Part shown: positions 26,088 through 40,267 of the stretch, piece by piece
Numbering within the stretch: the first letter of the stretch is position 1
Layout of the letters: every line of letters begins with the position of its first letter
Assembly: GCF_001194135.2 (NCBI RefSeq)
Contig: NC_068994.1
Span: 56,419,821-56,483,820, forward strand
Reading direction: 5' to 3'
Length of the DNA stretch: 64,000 bases
From: Octopus bimaculoides
Lineage: Eukaryota
Made by a program: the position numbers and the translations under genes
The notes under the pieces: model-generated
Database searches by the model: none
What the model was told of the DNA's origin: nothing
Seen by the model: the letters and a program-made list of their open reading frames with translations, nothing else

Positions 26088-27570
26088 ATATGTGTAACAT
26101 GTATGGATATAAATAGTTTACCTGCTGCAGTCATTAGACAGCAGCCATGCTAGGGCACCACTTTAACGTGTTTAGTCAAAGATCGAGCTTTTCAGATTAT
26201 GTGTATGTGTATATGAATATATATATATATATATATATATATCCACATGTTTGTATGTATGTGTGTATCTATCTCTGCATATGTATGTATAAATCTACAT
26301 ACACACATATTCATGCATATCGATGCATACACACTCACACACTAACATATATACTTATGTTTACAAACACACCCACATAAAAATATATATCTGCATTAAC
26401 GTATATGTGTGTGTTCCTGTATATATGTGTTCATATATGTATAGGTATTCATATATATATACATATATATATATATGTACTTATATATATGTGTGTGTAT
26501 GTATGTATATATATATATATATATGTACTTATATATGTGTGTATATATATATTATATACATATATACACACACACATACATACTTACATATACCCGTATC
26601 ATACGCACACATATATTCTTAGATATAGCTATTTATCTATAACCGAAGTAAACTGTTATGTGTGTAAAACGATATGCCCACCCACCCATCCGTCCACCCC
26701 AGCTTTTACGAAAGAAGTGAAAATTCTTAATATCAACCAGATGTGATTTATTAAGATGTGGTTATCTTAAATATTTCGAGTAATTTAATGTGAAAATAGA
26801 CGCACTCTCATTTGTATACACCCGCCTATACATGCAAACACGCATACGAGTATATACACAATACATATATATGCATATACATGCTTACATACATGTATAT
26901 ACACACACATAGATACACGTACATACATACATGTGTATATATATGTATATGCATTCATATGTGTATATACACATACATAGTTACACGCACATATATGTAT
27001 ATAGATATACATAATTACACGTATATACACATATGTATACACACTTTTACATACATGCACATTGATGTACACGTGTTTATATACATACACATACATATAT
27101 ATATATATACACACATCCGAAGATATACGTACATACATACACTAAAATTTACATTCATTTACAAATTCATAAATACACATTGAAAAGATATACACACATT
27201 TACATACACTCACATACACATACATACATACATATATACATACATACACGCATAAACATATACATACACATATACATATACACAGACATACATATATGCA
27301 CACAAACATGCGAACGCAGACATATTCATATATGTTTAATTAGTTTTACAATTAATATTACTTCGAGTTGATTACCCTCTAAGACAGAACATATGGAATT
27401 GAGTGCCAAAAGAACTGCACTTCCTATTTAATTAGGAATTGGGTCTGCTTCATCTTCAGTGCTGTCAAAAAACGGTAGCTTCTCTCCAGAGAACTATGTT
27501 CCAAAAGATTATTTTTCACTAAATTCAAAAATATTTACTTCCGAAGAATTAATTTATATGTTGTATAGTA

Positions 27571-27765
27571 TGCGAAGGCGAAATGGCCCAGTGGTTAGGG
27601 CAGCGGACTCGCGGTCGTAGGATTGCAGTTTCGATTCCCAGACCGGGCATTGTGAGTGTTTATTGAGCGAAAACACCTAAAAGCTCCACGAGGCTCTCGG
27701 CAGGAGTGGGGGGGGTGAACCCTGCTGTACTCTTTCAACACAACTTTCTCTCACTCTTCTCTCTA
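27571..27765 (+). mobile_element. SINE family C1 (tRNA-derived head), 3'-truncated
   Basis: A-box-like TGGCCCAGTGG, B-box-like GTTTCGATTCCC, then gtgagtgtttattgagcgaaaacacc. Homologous to 45340-45500 (-) and to a head remnant at 17100-17136 (-). Confidence 0.8.
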
Positions 27766-27984
27766 ATGTAGTATGTAATGGCTGTACTCTTATCAGACGG
27801 GTGGTCATGATGGGTATATTGGAATTCGTATATTTCTACTCCAGTGTCACTTTGATGGCATGCACTGCTCTCTCACTCAATAATAATGATGATGATGATG
27901 ATTTCTTTATTAACCACAAAGGTTTACATTAAGAAAAACTTTTTGGACAGTATAGGACAAAACAAAGAACATGTGTGTGTATAA

Positions 27985-28183
27985 TAAGGCACAAAGCCTG
28001 AAATTTTGGGATAGGGGCTCGTCAATTACAGAGACCCCAGTACTTGTCAGGTACTTTTTTATCGACCCCGAAATGATAAAATGCAATGTTGACCTCGACG
28101 GCATAATAACTCACAATGTAAAACCGGAAGAAATAACACCAGGCATTTTGTCCGACGCACCAGTAATTCTGCCAGCTCACTGC
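27985..28183 (-). mobile_element. SINE family A, diverged full length
   Basis: Reverse-complement match: gagctggcagaattactggtgcgtcggac...gaggtcaac...ggggtcgataaaaagtacc...caggctttgtgcctt. Confidence 0.8.
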
Positions 28184-28578
28184 TTTATTGATAATACTGA
28201 TAATGATTATTTTTTTTATTACTCAAGAGAGCTCAAAGCACACAAGGCTGTACAGAGGATAGAACACAAGACATGGTGGAGGGAGGGCGGTTTCGTTTGA
28301 CGTGTAAAAATGTTAAAAGAGAAAAAAATCCCCAAAAGTAACAACAGAGTATACTCCAATGGAACAGATCGCTTCTTTGCATCCAATGAAGCAAACCCTA
28401 CAAAAAATACGTTTTCCCCTGACCATTAAGGTCATTTGCTCACTCTCACATTTCGTTTCACGGCTTACAGATGCATGCTGGAAGTAAAACAATTCACAAC
28501 AACAATAATTTAAAGAGAATTGTTACAAAAAATACAGTGACTACAACAGACAAAATGGCGTCAAAAGCAAACACTTAC

Positions 28579-28714
28579 CTCAAGTTGTACTCAGTTCTGA
28601 TACCAGAAGCTGGCGTCTTTTAAGAATTTCCAATCCTATTCCATCGGAGCCTTTCATTTTTGTTTAAAGTTGTTCGTTAGGTGCAAGGGAGTTAAAGTTG
28701 ATAATGGACGTAAC
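28579..28714 (-). other. Candidate 136-nt non-coding/UTR exon
   Basis: Acceptor tcctttctttattttatgcag|G and donor GAG|gtaagt; stop codons in all three frames. Confidence 0.3.
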
Positions 28715-29024
28715 CTGCATAAAATAAAGAAAGGATTTAGTAATAGGGAAAACCATTAGAAAAATTCACTGACGCATATAGGTTTATATGTGTCGTTTCT
28801 CGATAGAGTGAGTCAGCCATTCTACATATCTGCAGTTCGGCAATTTTAAGTGTCTTTCTATTTTTCTCAACGACTCACGTAAATATGGTTATACGTGCAT
28901 GCAAATATTTTTATATATGATGTATATATATAATATTATATTCGTAAACATGTATGCAATATATACACATTTATATATATCCACACGCACACTTCTCAAG
29001 TATGTATGTTAAACCCTATATATG

Positions 29025-29072
<48 letters not shown>

Positions 29073-29354
29073 CATATGCTTATGCATATACAAGTAAATG
29101 AATGAATGTGTACTTTTGACTGTATATGTATGGTGTGTGTGTGTGTGTGTGTGTGTGTACGAATGTGCGTATACAAAACATATAACAACAAGTGTGATAC
29201 GTGACATGCACGAAATTCTCTGTCCCTAAGTAACTTTTCAAACTTTCTGCCGATCAAAAAGAATAAACCTGCTTCAACGTAATCTAGGAGAGATTGTCTC
29301 CTGTATAAGTTAACTTCCAGGACACTTAACGTGTTTCAAAACATGAAAATACTG

Positions 29355-30148
29355 CATATATCGAAAAGCATTACCTGTTCGGGATAAGCTCTACAGGCAC
29401 GGTTCGAGGCACACCAGACCCACTTGCCCGAGATACTGTCAAAGTGATGAAACCGTTCTGCACGCACTCGTGCAAGTGTCCAACCATTTCGGACCTGTGG
29501 GCTTATGCCGAACGGCTGCTGTCACCTGTGGGACGAGTCCGCGTGTCGGCCGAGTCTATTGTGACAATTGCTCCGCCACCTTCTCTCAACCAGGAAGGCA
29601 AAGCAGTCTTCATCGTACTGGTGGCCATGGTGAAAGAATGTGTGTGGTGGACCCGAGCGAAACGATTAGAGACGAAAACTTACCTCTCTGGCCAGTCGCT
29701 CGTCAACTTTTTCAAGTACCACTTGAAAAGGAAGGTGAGAATGGAGAAGCAGGTTTTGTCTCGTGAAAGTTTCAAAAGCAGGTGAGTGAACGTAGCAACG
29801 ACGCTGCGTGCGAGTGACGAAACCACTTTGAGCATGATCGTGTAAATTGATAAAAGAGAGAGAGCATTTTGTTCTCATGCGTTTATTCCCTCCCTGCCTA
29901 AGGTTAGCATGGTCTTTTCCGTAGGCTTTTCTTTCCACAGATAAACCTAATCTTGCTTCTTACATTTTAAAAATTTCTTCCGTGATACACTATCCCTTTT
30001 GATCGTTTTTTTTTTCCCGATCCCTTTTGATCGGAATTTTACTTTCTTATTTTTCCCCTTCTTTTCATTTTCGAAAAGAAAGCTCTACATTTATATTTAT
30101 CTCCCACCCCCCACCCTCTGTTAAACCCTGTGTGGCTAATAAAGAAGG
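29355..30148 (+). mobile_element. 5'-truncated Tx1/L1-clade non-LTR retrotransposon: ORF2 C-terminal zinc knuckle plus T-rich 3' UTR (inactive)
   Basis: YRKALPVRDKLYRHGSRHTRPTCPRYCQSDETVLHALVQ, frameshift near 29473, then CPTISDLWAYAERLLSPVGR...VWWTR...FKSR*VNV. This fits the zf-RVT-type CxxxC...H...C motif of Tx1/L1 ORF2. The ORF ends at about 29845, the pyrimidine-rich UTR ends in AATAAA (30138-30143), and (ATCT)n follows. Confidence 0.82.
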
Positions 30149-30286
30149 TTATCTATCTATCTATCTACCTAGCTGTCTGTCTATCTATCTATCTATCTAG
30201 CTGTCTTTCTATCTATTTATCACACCCTCCCTCTCTCTCTCTCTCTACCTACCTACCTGTCTGTCTGTCTGTCTGTCTATCTATTC

Positions 30287-30488
30287 GTCCTGCAGTATCC
30301 GTTCCGGCTTTGATTTCAAATGCTATCTATGTCGACTTTGTCTTTCACTCTTCCGCTGTCGATAATATAAAATTCCAGCAAATTACTGGGGGGCAATTTA
30401 ATCAACCAGGCTCCCTCCACAAAATTCCAGGCCTTCTGCCTATGTGAGAAACAGTTTTTTTTAGTATTTGACTTTCTCTAAGGCGGCA
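30287..30488 (+). repeat. Inverted duplication, copy 2 (partner 22240-22440)
   Basis: As above; embedded in a (TATC)n-like tract just after the Tx1-like 3' end. Confidence 0.92.
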
Positions 30489-30556
30489 TCTATATCTATC
30501 CACGTATCTACATCTACGTTTCTCCATCCCTCCCTCCATCCAAAATTGTGTGTGTA

Positions 30557-30613
<57 letters not shown>

Positions 30614-30854
30614 GCGTGTGTGTATGTGTTCGTATGATGGACTGAAGAAACATTACTTAAGAGCACGTTGTTAGAGTGTGAATTATATGTTTCCTCCCTT
30701 ATCATATGAAGTCGATACCTTACCAACGGTTTCATATAGCGATGCATATCGCTATATATCAATGTCTATTGAGAATTAACGCTGATATAGAGGAATATAT
30801 TTCGGCTGGTTGAAACCATTGGATTCAATTTCCAAGAAGCAGCACAGAAAATTA

Positions 30855-30885
<31 letters not shown>

Positions 30886-31027
30886 ATGTATATGTATATA
30901 AACACAGATATATACATTAGTTGGTATACCTAAAAGAAGTTTAACCTTAGCTATAGAATATAAAAGTAAAAACGTATTGCGTACTTTACATATATATGTT
31001 TTAGAGAGGTAAAAAAAATTTATAAAA

Positions 31028-31442
31028 TGTAATTTATATAAAAAATATAAATTGCTACAAATGTAATCTTCCTCCCCCCTCTCTCTTTCCATACCTGAAC
31101 GGGTTTGTATGTATGTCTGTGTTAGTGTGTGTAGGAACCGAAGCCGTACATTCCGGGTTACCTTGGAAAGCATGTATACCGCACACGAACATACACAGAC
31201 AGAAGCAAGAGAGCCAAAGATGGTAAATTTTCTTTATAATAATTCTTTTCTAGCAATATTATGATATAATCTGGCTGTAATTTGTTTTCAAATCTAATAA
31301 TACACACTGAGGAACGAAGATTAAGTCAGCTTGAAGTTGTATTATGTATAGAAATAGCCTAAAGTTTATACTTGTAGCAGAAGAGCTAGCTTCTATACAG
31401 AACTAGACACCATGTCAGTCGCCACCATGCCACCATACATTT

Positions 31443-31489
<47 letters not shown>

Positions 31490-31526
31490 GAGATAGATAG
31501 ATAGATAGATAGNNNNNNNNNNTGTA

Positions 31527-31566
<40 letters not shown>

Positions 31567-32474
31567 TATATTGTTCAAATATATACACATGCACTATGCG
31601 ACTTATATATATTTTAGCCTAGATATTTGGTTCATTTTTCAAACGAAATTGCACATAAACCAAATACATATTCACACTTAGACATGTACAAACACACACA
31701 TATACATACACACACGCACGCGCGCACACGCTCTAATACTCATCTACACAGATATATATATAGGCTCGTTTAAACATATGCACGAACGCATACGAAAGTT
31801 GGAAAACACACACACACACTCACTCACACAAATATATGTTTTATAATCGAATTGAGAGATATGTAGAAAAGATATTTGTATCATTTTGTTTGTGTGTGTG
31901 TGATTGTATAATATAAGAAATATAATACGCTTGAACCGGTATATATATATATATATATACCGGTTTAAACATATAATATAATATATATATATTTATATAT
32001 GTACACATACACGCATACGTGCATATATTTGTATATATACATACATGAGTATATATGTATATCGAGTTTGCACACATATATATATATTTATATACAGATA
32101 TACATTCGCATACATATATATATATAACATATACACACACAGGCACTTTACGCACACTCGCTCACGCACACACACATACACATTCTATGGTAGTGTACGG
32201 AGAAGGCTTTTACAAGATTTAGATATAAATTTGCATATTGTTGCAGGAGATTGCTTTAACAGATGGATGACTATCTCACCGATAGATACTCAACTGTGAA
32301 ATATGATAGAAAAACTTCGTATCAGCCAGACAGACTGGTGCATCCAGAGTTGCGTGCCTTGTTCAAAGATAGAAATTTGAATTGATGAATTTCTGTTCCG
32401 ACATAGACATAGAAAGAGAGAGGGTGGAGATTACATTTGTAGCAATTTACTTATTTTTTTATATATAAATTACA
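31028..32474. repeat. 1.45 kb segment bounded by ~65 bp imperfect inverted repeats (31028-31092 / 32408-32474)
   Basis: Exact 22-nt core taaattgctacaaatgtaatct / agattacatttgtagcaattta, with imperfect similarity extending on both sides. Confidence 0.7.
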
Positions 32475-33152
32475 GCAACAATAACAATAATAACAACTAC
32501 TATAGACATTCTGTTGAAACATTAAGGCTCAGTCTATATGGCTGACAAACTGGTTCTTACTTCACCGTGTTATACTATGTTTATATTGAGAATACGGAGG
32601 GACACATTACAAGTTGAGTTTGAGAGATTTGGTTACTATTTCTAGCAAGGCGTGCGACGAAGTAGCTATTCTACTGTAGCCCAGTCACACATATACACGC
32701 AACAACAGCAACAACAACAACAAAATAAGTAAAAATATAGTAATGATATCAAAATGCAGGATAAACTTCGCAGAGTGCAATCAGTTCATATTTTGTTATT
32801 GTTGGTGCTGTTGCTGCCGCCGATTGGTTTCTGATCTGCGTCGATCGAGATTTATAAAAACATATTGGAAAACACACACAAAAAAAAAAAGCATGATGAA
32901 AGAAAAGAAAAAAGCAATTGAGCCCTTTTTTCTCTTCCTGTTGTTCCTAGTGTCACAATGCACCTAAGAGTCGCACATTAAACAATGCATCAGTTTTTTT
33001 CCCCCTACTTTAAAATTCTTGAGTGTGATTCGCGGAGATTCTGTCGATACATCAAGTAACTCCAGCCACCGCTTAATGACTTCCGGAAGTTCAAATTTAG
33101 TTGTTGACCTTCGTCCACTTCAATTATCTCTCCTAGATTCTTCTTCTTATTA

Positions 33153-33189
<37 letters not shown>

Positions 33190-33596
33190 TATTATTGTTA
33201 TTATTATTTATTGACTTTTGATGTTTATGCTTTTGATATATACGTATAGTTCGTTTGAAATAAACAATATGGCGAGTTTGATCTTCCAAAGCCATGGTGC
33301 TAAAATGAAGTCGAAAAATTCATGAACCGATATACAACAATAGCGTATGTGCTTATATCGAAATACCTTTTTTGTTGTTTTTTTTTTTTGTTTTTTGTCT
33401 TTTAAATTGTTACACTTGCGAAAACATGCATATTCATCATACATACACGCAACATATCTACTCAACACACGAGACACCAACGCCGGTATGAATGGCTATT
33501 GCACACACATTTAAGCATTCCCATTGTTCAGTTATGAAAAAAAAAAAAAAAGAGCAAAGACTAAAAACGAACTTCTCAGCTACAACTACTAAAAGC

Positions 33597-33638
<42 letters not shown>

Positions 33639-33758
33639 GGTAATTTCTTTTTTATTGCCCATAAGGGGCCAAGGCATTCAGGGCCATGTTAAACGATGAA
33701 ATATCAGATGCATATACATACATGAATGTGATGCCTATCTATCTATCTATCTATCTCC

Positions 33759-33832
<74 letters not shown>

Positions 33833-34583
33833 GCCTATCTATCTATCTATCTGCCTATCTATCTATCTCTTAGCATTCTTTATTTCTGCCATTGTCACTT
33901 TGATTTCTTGCCTACTTGGTTTGAATCTGCGAACGAATTTTAAGGATTGGTATACATTGACAGCAGTCAGGGCCAATGCAGGACACGAAAGGGCACGGTT
34001 GCGCTGGCTGCAGTGGAAGGTCCAGTCCCCTTGCGTCTGCTATCTTTGTGAGTGGCCCTACGGCTGTTTTCCAAGGTCGAGACAGTATGGTTGATGGTGA
34101 GACGTATATAAAATATGCAATGTTCGTCTCGAAACATTACATTCCCCAATGTCACCCTCCCTCCTTCCTACGCAGCGTAATTTTAAGGTAAAATCTGTAA
34201 AAATCTGCGCAATACGTTTATCACAATAACTAGAAATGTCGCCAAACGAATTTAAACAAAGATAAAAGCCAAACTACAGAGACTGAGGTATTTATCCGAT
34301 AATGTGGTATCATTAAAATATATGATATCGTCTGTGTAGTTATCTTATTCGGTTTCGGCTATGTTTTTATTTGTTTTCTTATTTAAGTCTAAGCTGAATA
34401 ATCATGGAACTACACATTAAAAAGCACACCTTTACCTTCCACTACCTCCTTCACAGTGTGTGTGTGTGTGTGTGTGTATGTGTGTGTAAGTGGGAGTGCG
34501 CATGAGTGAGTGTGCGTGTACCTGGATGTGAGTGTAGGCATGTAAGTTGTATGAACTGTTGAATTTATGACATGTACGTAAAT

Positions 34584-34651
<68 letters not shown>

Positions 34652-36065
34652 NNNNNNNNNNNNNNNNNNNNNNNNNNNNNNNNNNNNNNNNNNNNNNNNN
34701 NNNNNNNNNNNNNNNNNNNNNNNNNNNNNNNNNNNNNNNNNNNNNNNNNNNNNNNNNNNNNNNNNNNNNNNNNNNNNNNNNNNNNNNNNNNNNNNNNNNN
34801 NNNNNNNNNNNNNNNNNNNNNNNNNNNNNNNNNNNNNNNNNNNNNNNNNNNNNNNNNNNNNNNNNNNNNNNNNNNNNNNNNNNNNNNNNNNNNNNNNNNN
34901 NNNNNNNNNNNNNNNNNNNNNNNNNNNNNNNNNNNNNNNNNNNNNNNNNNNNNNNNNNNNNNNNNNNNNNNNNNNNNNNNNNNNNNNNNNNNNNNNNNNN
35001 NNNNNNNNNNNNNNNNNNNNNNNNNNNNNNNNNNNNNNNNNNNNNNNNNNNNNNNNNNNNNNNNNNNNNNNNNNNNNNNNNNNNNNNNNNNNNNNNNNNN
35101 NNNNNNNNNNNNNNNNNNNNNNNNNNNNNNNNNNNNNNNNNNNNNNNNNNNNNNNNNNNNNNNNNNNNNNNNNNNNNNNNNNNNNNNNNNNNNNNNNNNN
35201 NNNNNNNNNNNNNNNNNNNNNNNNNNNNNNNNNNNNNNNNNNNNNNNNNNNNNNNNNNNNNNNNNNNNNNNNNNNNNNNNNNNNNNNNNNNNNNNNNNNN
35301 NNNNNNNNNNNNNNNNNNNNNNNNNNNNNNNNNNNNNNNNNNNNNNNNNNNNNNNNNNNNNNNNNNNNNNNNNNNTATATATATATATATATATATATAT
35401 TGCTCAAATATACATTGTATCTCCAAAGAGATTTTCACTCAGACAAAAACCGCAACATTATACATTTCAACGGTGTATATACGTTCAGCATGATACACAG
35501 ATAGCAATTTATTTACGCTGTTTTAATTGCGTTCACACCCGACACACATACACTCTTCTCAAACGTAAATAAACATTAGCATTTTGGAAGATAGATTTCT
35601 AGAAACAAAATCAATTCATGTGATGCATTGAAATACTTAATCCAATATTCAACAGACATGTCTCGCGCAGATTTTTAAATATTTAACCCGTCTGGGCATC
35701 GCATTAATGAGTAATGTCCACACAGATGAAACGATAGATTGGGAGATGTCTATTTACTTTTGCCGTGACTGTGTATATGTGTGTGTATGCGTGTGTGTGT
35801 ATTTATGTGTATGCAAACATACACACGCACACACACACATACATAGTTATATATACACACACAACCAGGTGTACTTATACATACATGCATATATATATAT
35901 ATATGTGCGTGTGTGTGTGTGTGTGTGTGTGTACATATATATATATATACACACATATATACATACATATATACACATATATATATATATACATATATAT
36001 TTGATATACATATTCACATAAATTTGTATAATGTAAATATATATATTTACGAACACACTCACATA

Positions 36066-36103
<38 letters not shown>

Positions 36104-36239
36104 TACAGGTTTGTAGCAATATTAGATGATAAATGTCGATAGAAGACTGTTATGATTTGTCCAGTATCACCAAGACGAGGATGTTGCAAACACGATTTCT
36201 TGAATATCATGAGTGCGTGTGTGTGTGTGTGATAGATAA

Positions 36240-36295
<56 letters not shown>

Positions 36296-37328
36296 GAAGG
36301 TAGTGTTGTCAGCATGGTAACTGATAAGTTTTGATTAAAAATGCATGCAGGAATTTTAAGTGCAAGTCTGTCAACACGATGCAACACAGTTCCAAAAGAA
36401 AACGACAAATAATTATTTGTATGGTTGTTTGTGTGTGTCTATTTCTGTGTATGTGAGTCTGTGTGTTTCTGTATGTCTTTCAACATATAAACAACGTAAC
36501 ACATACTTCAGAAAAAAAAGTCTCTCCCCATNNNNNNNNNNNNNNNNNNNNNNNNNNNNNNNNNNNNNNNNNNNNNNNNNNNNNNNNNNNNNNNNNNNNN
36601 NNNNNNNNNNNNNNNNNNNNNNNNNNNNNNNNNNNNNNNNNNNNNNNNNNNNNNNNNNNNNNNNNNNNNNNNNNNNNNNNNNNNNNNNNNNNNNNNNNNN
36701 NNNNNNNNNNNNNNNNNNNNNNNNNNNNNNNNNNNNNNNNNNNNNNNNNNNNNNNNNNNNNNNNNNNNNNNNNNNNNNNNNNNNNNNNNNNNNNNNNNNN
36801 NNNNNNNNNNNNNNNNNNNNNNNNNNNNNNNNNNNNNNNNNNNNNNNNNNNNNNNNNNNNNNNNNNNNNNNNNNNNNNNNNNNNNNNNNNNNNNNNNNNN
36901 NNNNNNNNNNNNNNNNNNNNNNNNNNNNNNNNNNNNNNNNNNNNNNNNNNNNNNNNNNNNNNNNNNNNNNNNNNNNNNNNNNNNNNNNNNNNNNNNNNNN
37001 NNNNNNNNNNNNNNNNNNNNNNNNNNNNNNNNNNNNNNNNNNNNNNNNNNNNNNNNNNNNNNNNNNNNNNNNNNNNNNNNNNNNNNNNNNNNNNNNNNNN
37101 NNNNNNNNNNNNNNNNNNNNNNNNNNNNNNNNNNNNNNNNNNNNNNNNNNNNNNNNNNNNNNNNNNNNNNNNNNNNNNATATATGAAGCTGAAGATTCGG
37201 ACGTTGCTGGAGTAGTTTTCCGCTTTGCGATCTTATATATAAATATTACAAACAAAATCTACACCACTGAGGCGCACTGTCTTCTTTTCTCGTTTACGAA
37301 ACTAAAGCTGTTAGCATCGCATGGAACG

Positions 37329-37370
<42 letters not shown>

Positions 37371-38293
37371 AACTGACCAAATCAAAATGGCGGCTTACTT
37401 ATTTGTCTTAAAACCGAACAGCTTCAAACATGCCAGAAAGAAATGTCAGTTTGCTTGTGTGGAAACAACTTCCAGAGGCTGTGAACAAATGTGATTTTAC
37501 TTGAATGCATGCGTGAATAGATGCGGTCTTGCATATCATCGACCGATGAATTGGTGCATGGTAGAAAAACACTGCAGCATTTGTTGCAATTGCTGTTATA
37601 TATAACCNNNNNNNNNNNNNNNNNNNNNNNNNNNNNNNNNNNNNNNNNNNNNNNNNNNNNNNNNNNNNNNNNNNNNNNNNNNNNNNNNNNNNNNNNNNNN
37701 NNNNNNNNNNNNNNNNNNNNNNNNNNNNNNNNNNNNNNNNNNNNNNNNNNNNNNNNNNNNNNNNNNNNNNNNNNNNNNNNNNNNNNNNNNNNNNNNNNNN
37801 NNNNNNNNNNNNNNNNNNNNNNNNNNNNNNNNNNNNNNNNNNNNNNNNNNNNNNNNNNNNNNNNNNNNNNNNNNNNNNNNNNNNNNNNNNNNNNNNNNNN
37901 NNNNNNNNNNNNNNNNNNNNNNNNNNNNNNNNNNNNNNNNNNNNNNNNNNNNNNNNNNNNNNNNNNNNNNNNNNNNNNNNNNNNNNNNNNNNNNNNNNNN
38001 NNNNNNNNNNNNNNNNNNNNNNNNNNNNNNNNNNNNNNNNNNNNNNNNNNNNNNNNNNNNNNNNNNNNNNNNNNNNNNNNNNNNNNNNNNNNNNNNNNNN
38101 NNNNNNNNNNNNNNNNNNNNNNNNNNNNNNNNNNNNNNNNNNNNNNNNNNNNNNNNNNNNNNNNNNNNNNNNNNNNNNNNNNNNNNNNNNNNNNNNNNNN
38201 NNNNNNNNNNNNNNNNNNNNNNNNNNNNNNNNNNNNNNNNNNNNNNNNNNNNNNNNNNNNNNNNNNNNNNNNNNNNNNNNNNNNNNNNNNNNN

Positions 38294-38334
<41 letters not shown>

Positions 38335-38792
38335 CGTGCGTGCGTGTATGTGTAAGCGCGTGTTAATCCTTGATCCATGATTTTTTATATTTAATTGACG
38401 GATTACTCGATACTTTTGCAGAGTACAAATTTATTATTCTTCAATAAGAATAGTATTGGCAGTGATTTCGAAGTTTCGGCATCTAAGCCATCATCGTAAT
38501 ACGTACACACATACAAACAGAGAGTAATAAACAGTCTGGCAACTGATGAGGAGTTATCGTCTTTTAGTATTTTGTTCCGTACTTTTCTCTTCTGTTTTTA
38601 CGCATTTTTCACTCGTTGGTGATGTCCTGTACGCAATGTGTATTTTTTAGTTTATTTTTGTGTGCGTGTAGGAATATATTTTCTACTGAAGTGATTTTGC
38701 TTGAAATTGTTTTTATAGCTCTAAGCCTACGATGATTAAACAAACTCGTAATCACAAGCGCTACCGTCATGAACGTTCCAGTAGTTCTTGTT

Positions 38793-38843
<51 letters not shown>

Positions 38844-39513
38844 TACTTCATAAACGTTGAAATACAACTTACACACAAACACATGTTTAATTTACATGTC
38901 CACTGTTAGCTGAAATTTTTGGCGTCAATAATTTATCAATCAAACAAGCTGCCAAGAATGCGTCATTTATGCAAATCGGTGTATCTGCTTTAATAAAACC
39001 CTGAACAATATTGGATATCTGACTATATATATATATATATATATGGTATCATCGTGGAGTGTTGGAGATCAGGTGGACGGATAATGGCCAGATTTCAAAA
39101 TGGATCGAAACCAAGAGTACATGACCCTCATTTTGTGTGTGTCTATGGTGAGAGTGTGTAAACAGATGGTTGTTTGCAAATGGCCGATGTATTTGTGTTT
39201 AATTTACGCAGGCAGCGCTGATTGAAATTTATAAATATAAACTCCAGTACATTATATATACACATAATGTATTGTGTGCCTGTGAGATAGTGACTATGTA
39301 TGTATGTATGTATGTATGTATGTATACATATATGAATGCATATATGTATACATACATGCACATACAAATATATATATATACTCACACACACACAAGCACA
39401 AATGACGTATGTTTTGATTTATATACATACACAAGTGGTGTATATTGGTTTGTGCGTGTGTATACCTACCTATCTACCTACCTACCAACCTACATACATA
39501 CATGCATATACAC

Positions 39514-39554
<41 letters not shown>

Positions 39555-40103
39555 NNNNNNNNNNNNNNNNNNNNNNNNNNNNNNNNNNNNNNNNNNNNNN
39601 NNNNNNNNNNNNNNNNNNNNNNNNNNNNNNNNNNNNNNNNNNNNNNNNNNNNNNNNNNNNNNNNNNNNNNNNNNNNNNNNNNNNNNNNNNNNNNNNNNNN
39701 NNNNNNNNNNNNNNNNNNNNNNNNNNNNNNNNNNNNNNNNNNNNNNNNNNNNNNNNNNNNNNNNNNNNNNNNNNNNNNNNNNNNNNNNNNNNNNNNNNNN
39801 NNNNNNNNNNNNNNNNNNNNNNNNNNNNNNNNNNNNNNNNNNNNNNNNNNNNNNNNNNNNNNNNNNNNNNNNNNNNNNNNNNNNNNNNNNNNNNNNNNNN
39901 NNNNNNNNNNNNNNNNNNNNNNNNNNNNNNNNNNNNNNNNNNNNNNNNNNNNNNNNNNNNNNNNNNNNNNNNNNNNNNNNNNNNNNNNNNNNNCGTATAC
40001 ACAGATATATTCATAAATATAGACATCTATATATACATGCGTATATAAACCCATTTTAATATTCATATATAAGCATGTATATGTATATATAAACACACGC
40101 AAG

Positions 40104-40135
<32 letters not shown>

Positions 40136-40211
40136 GACACACAGACACATACACATATATATTCATGCGAATTCACACGCGCACCTGCTCAGTAGTGCCC
40201 GTATATATATG

Positions 40212-40267
<56 letters not shown>

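Noticed and set aside
27571-27650. tRNA-like A/B boxes here and in other SINE heads
   Set aside because: No complete cloverleaf, and the sequence continues into a SINE body, so these are not tRNA genes.
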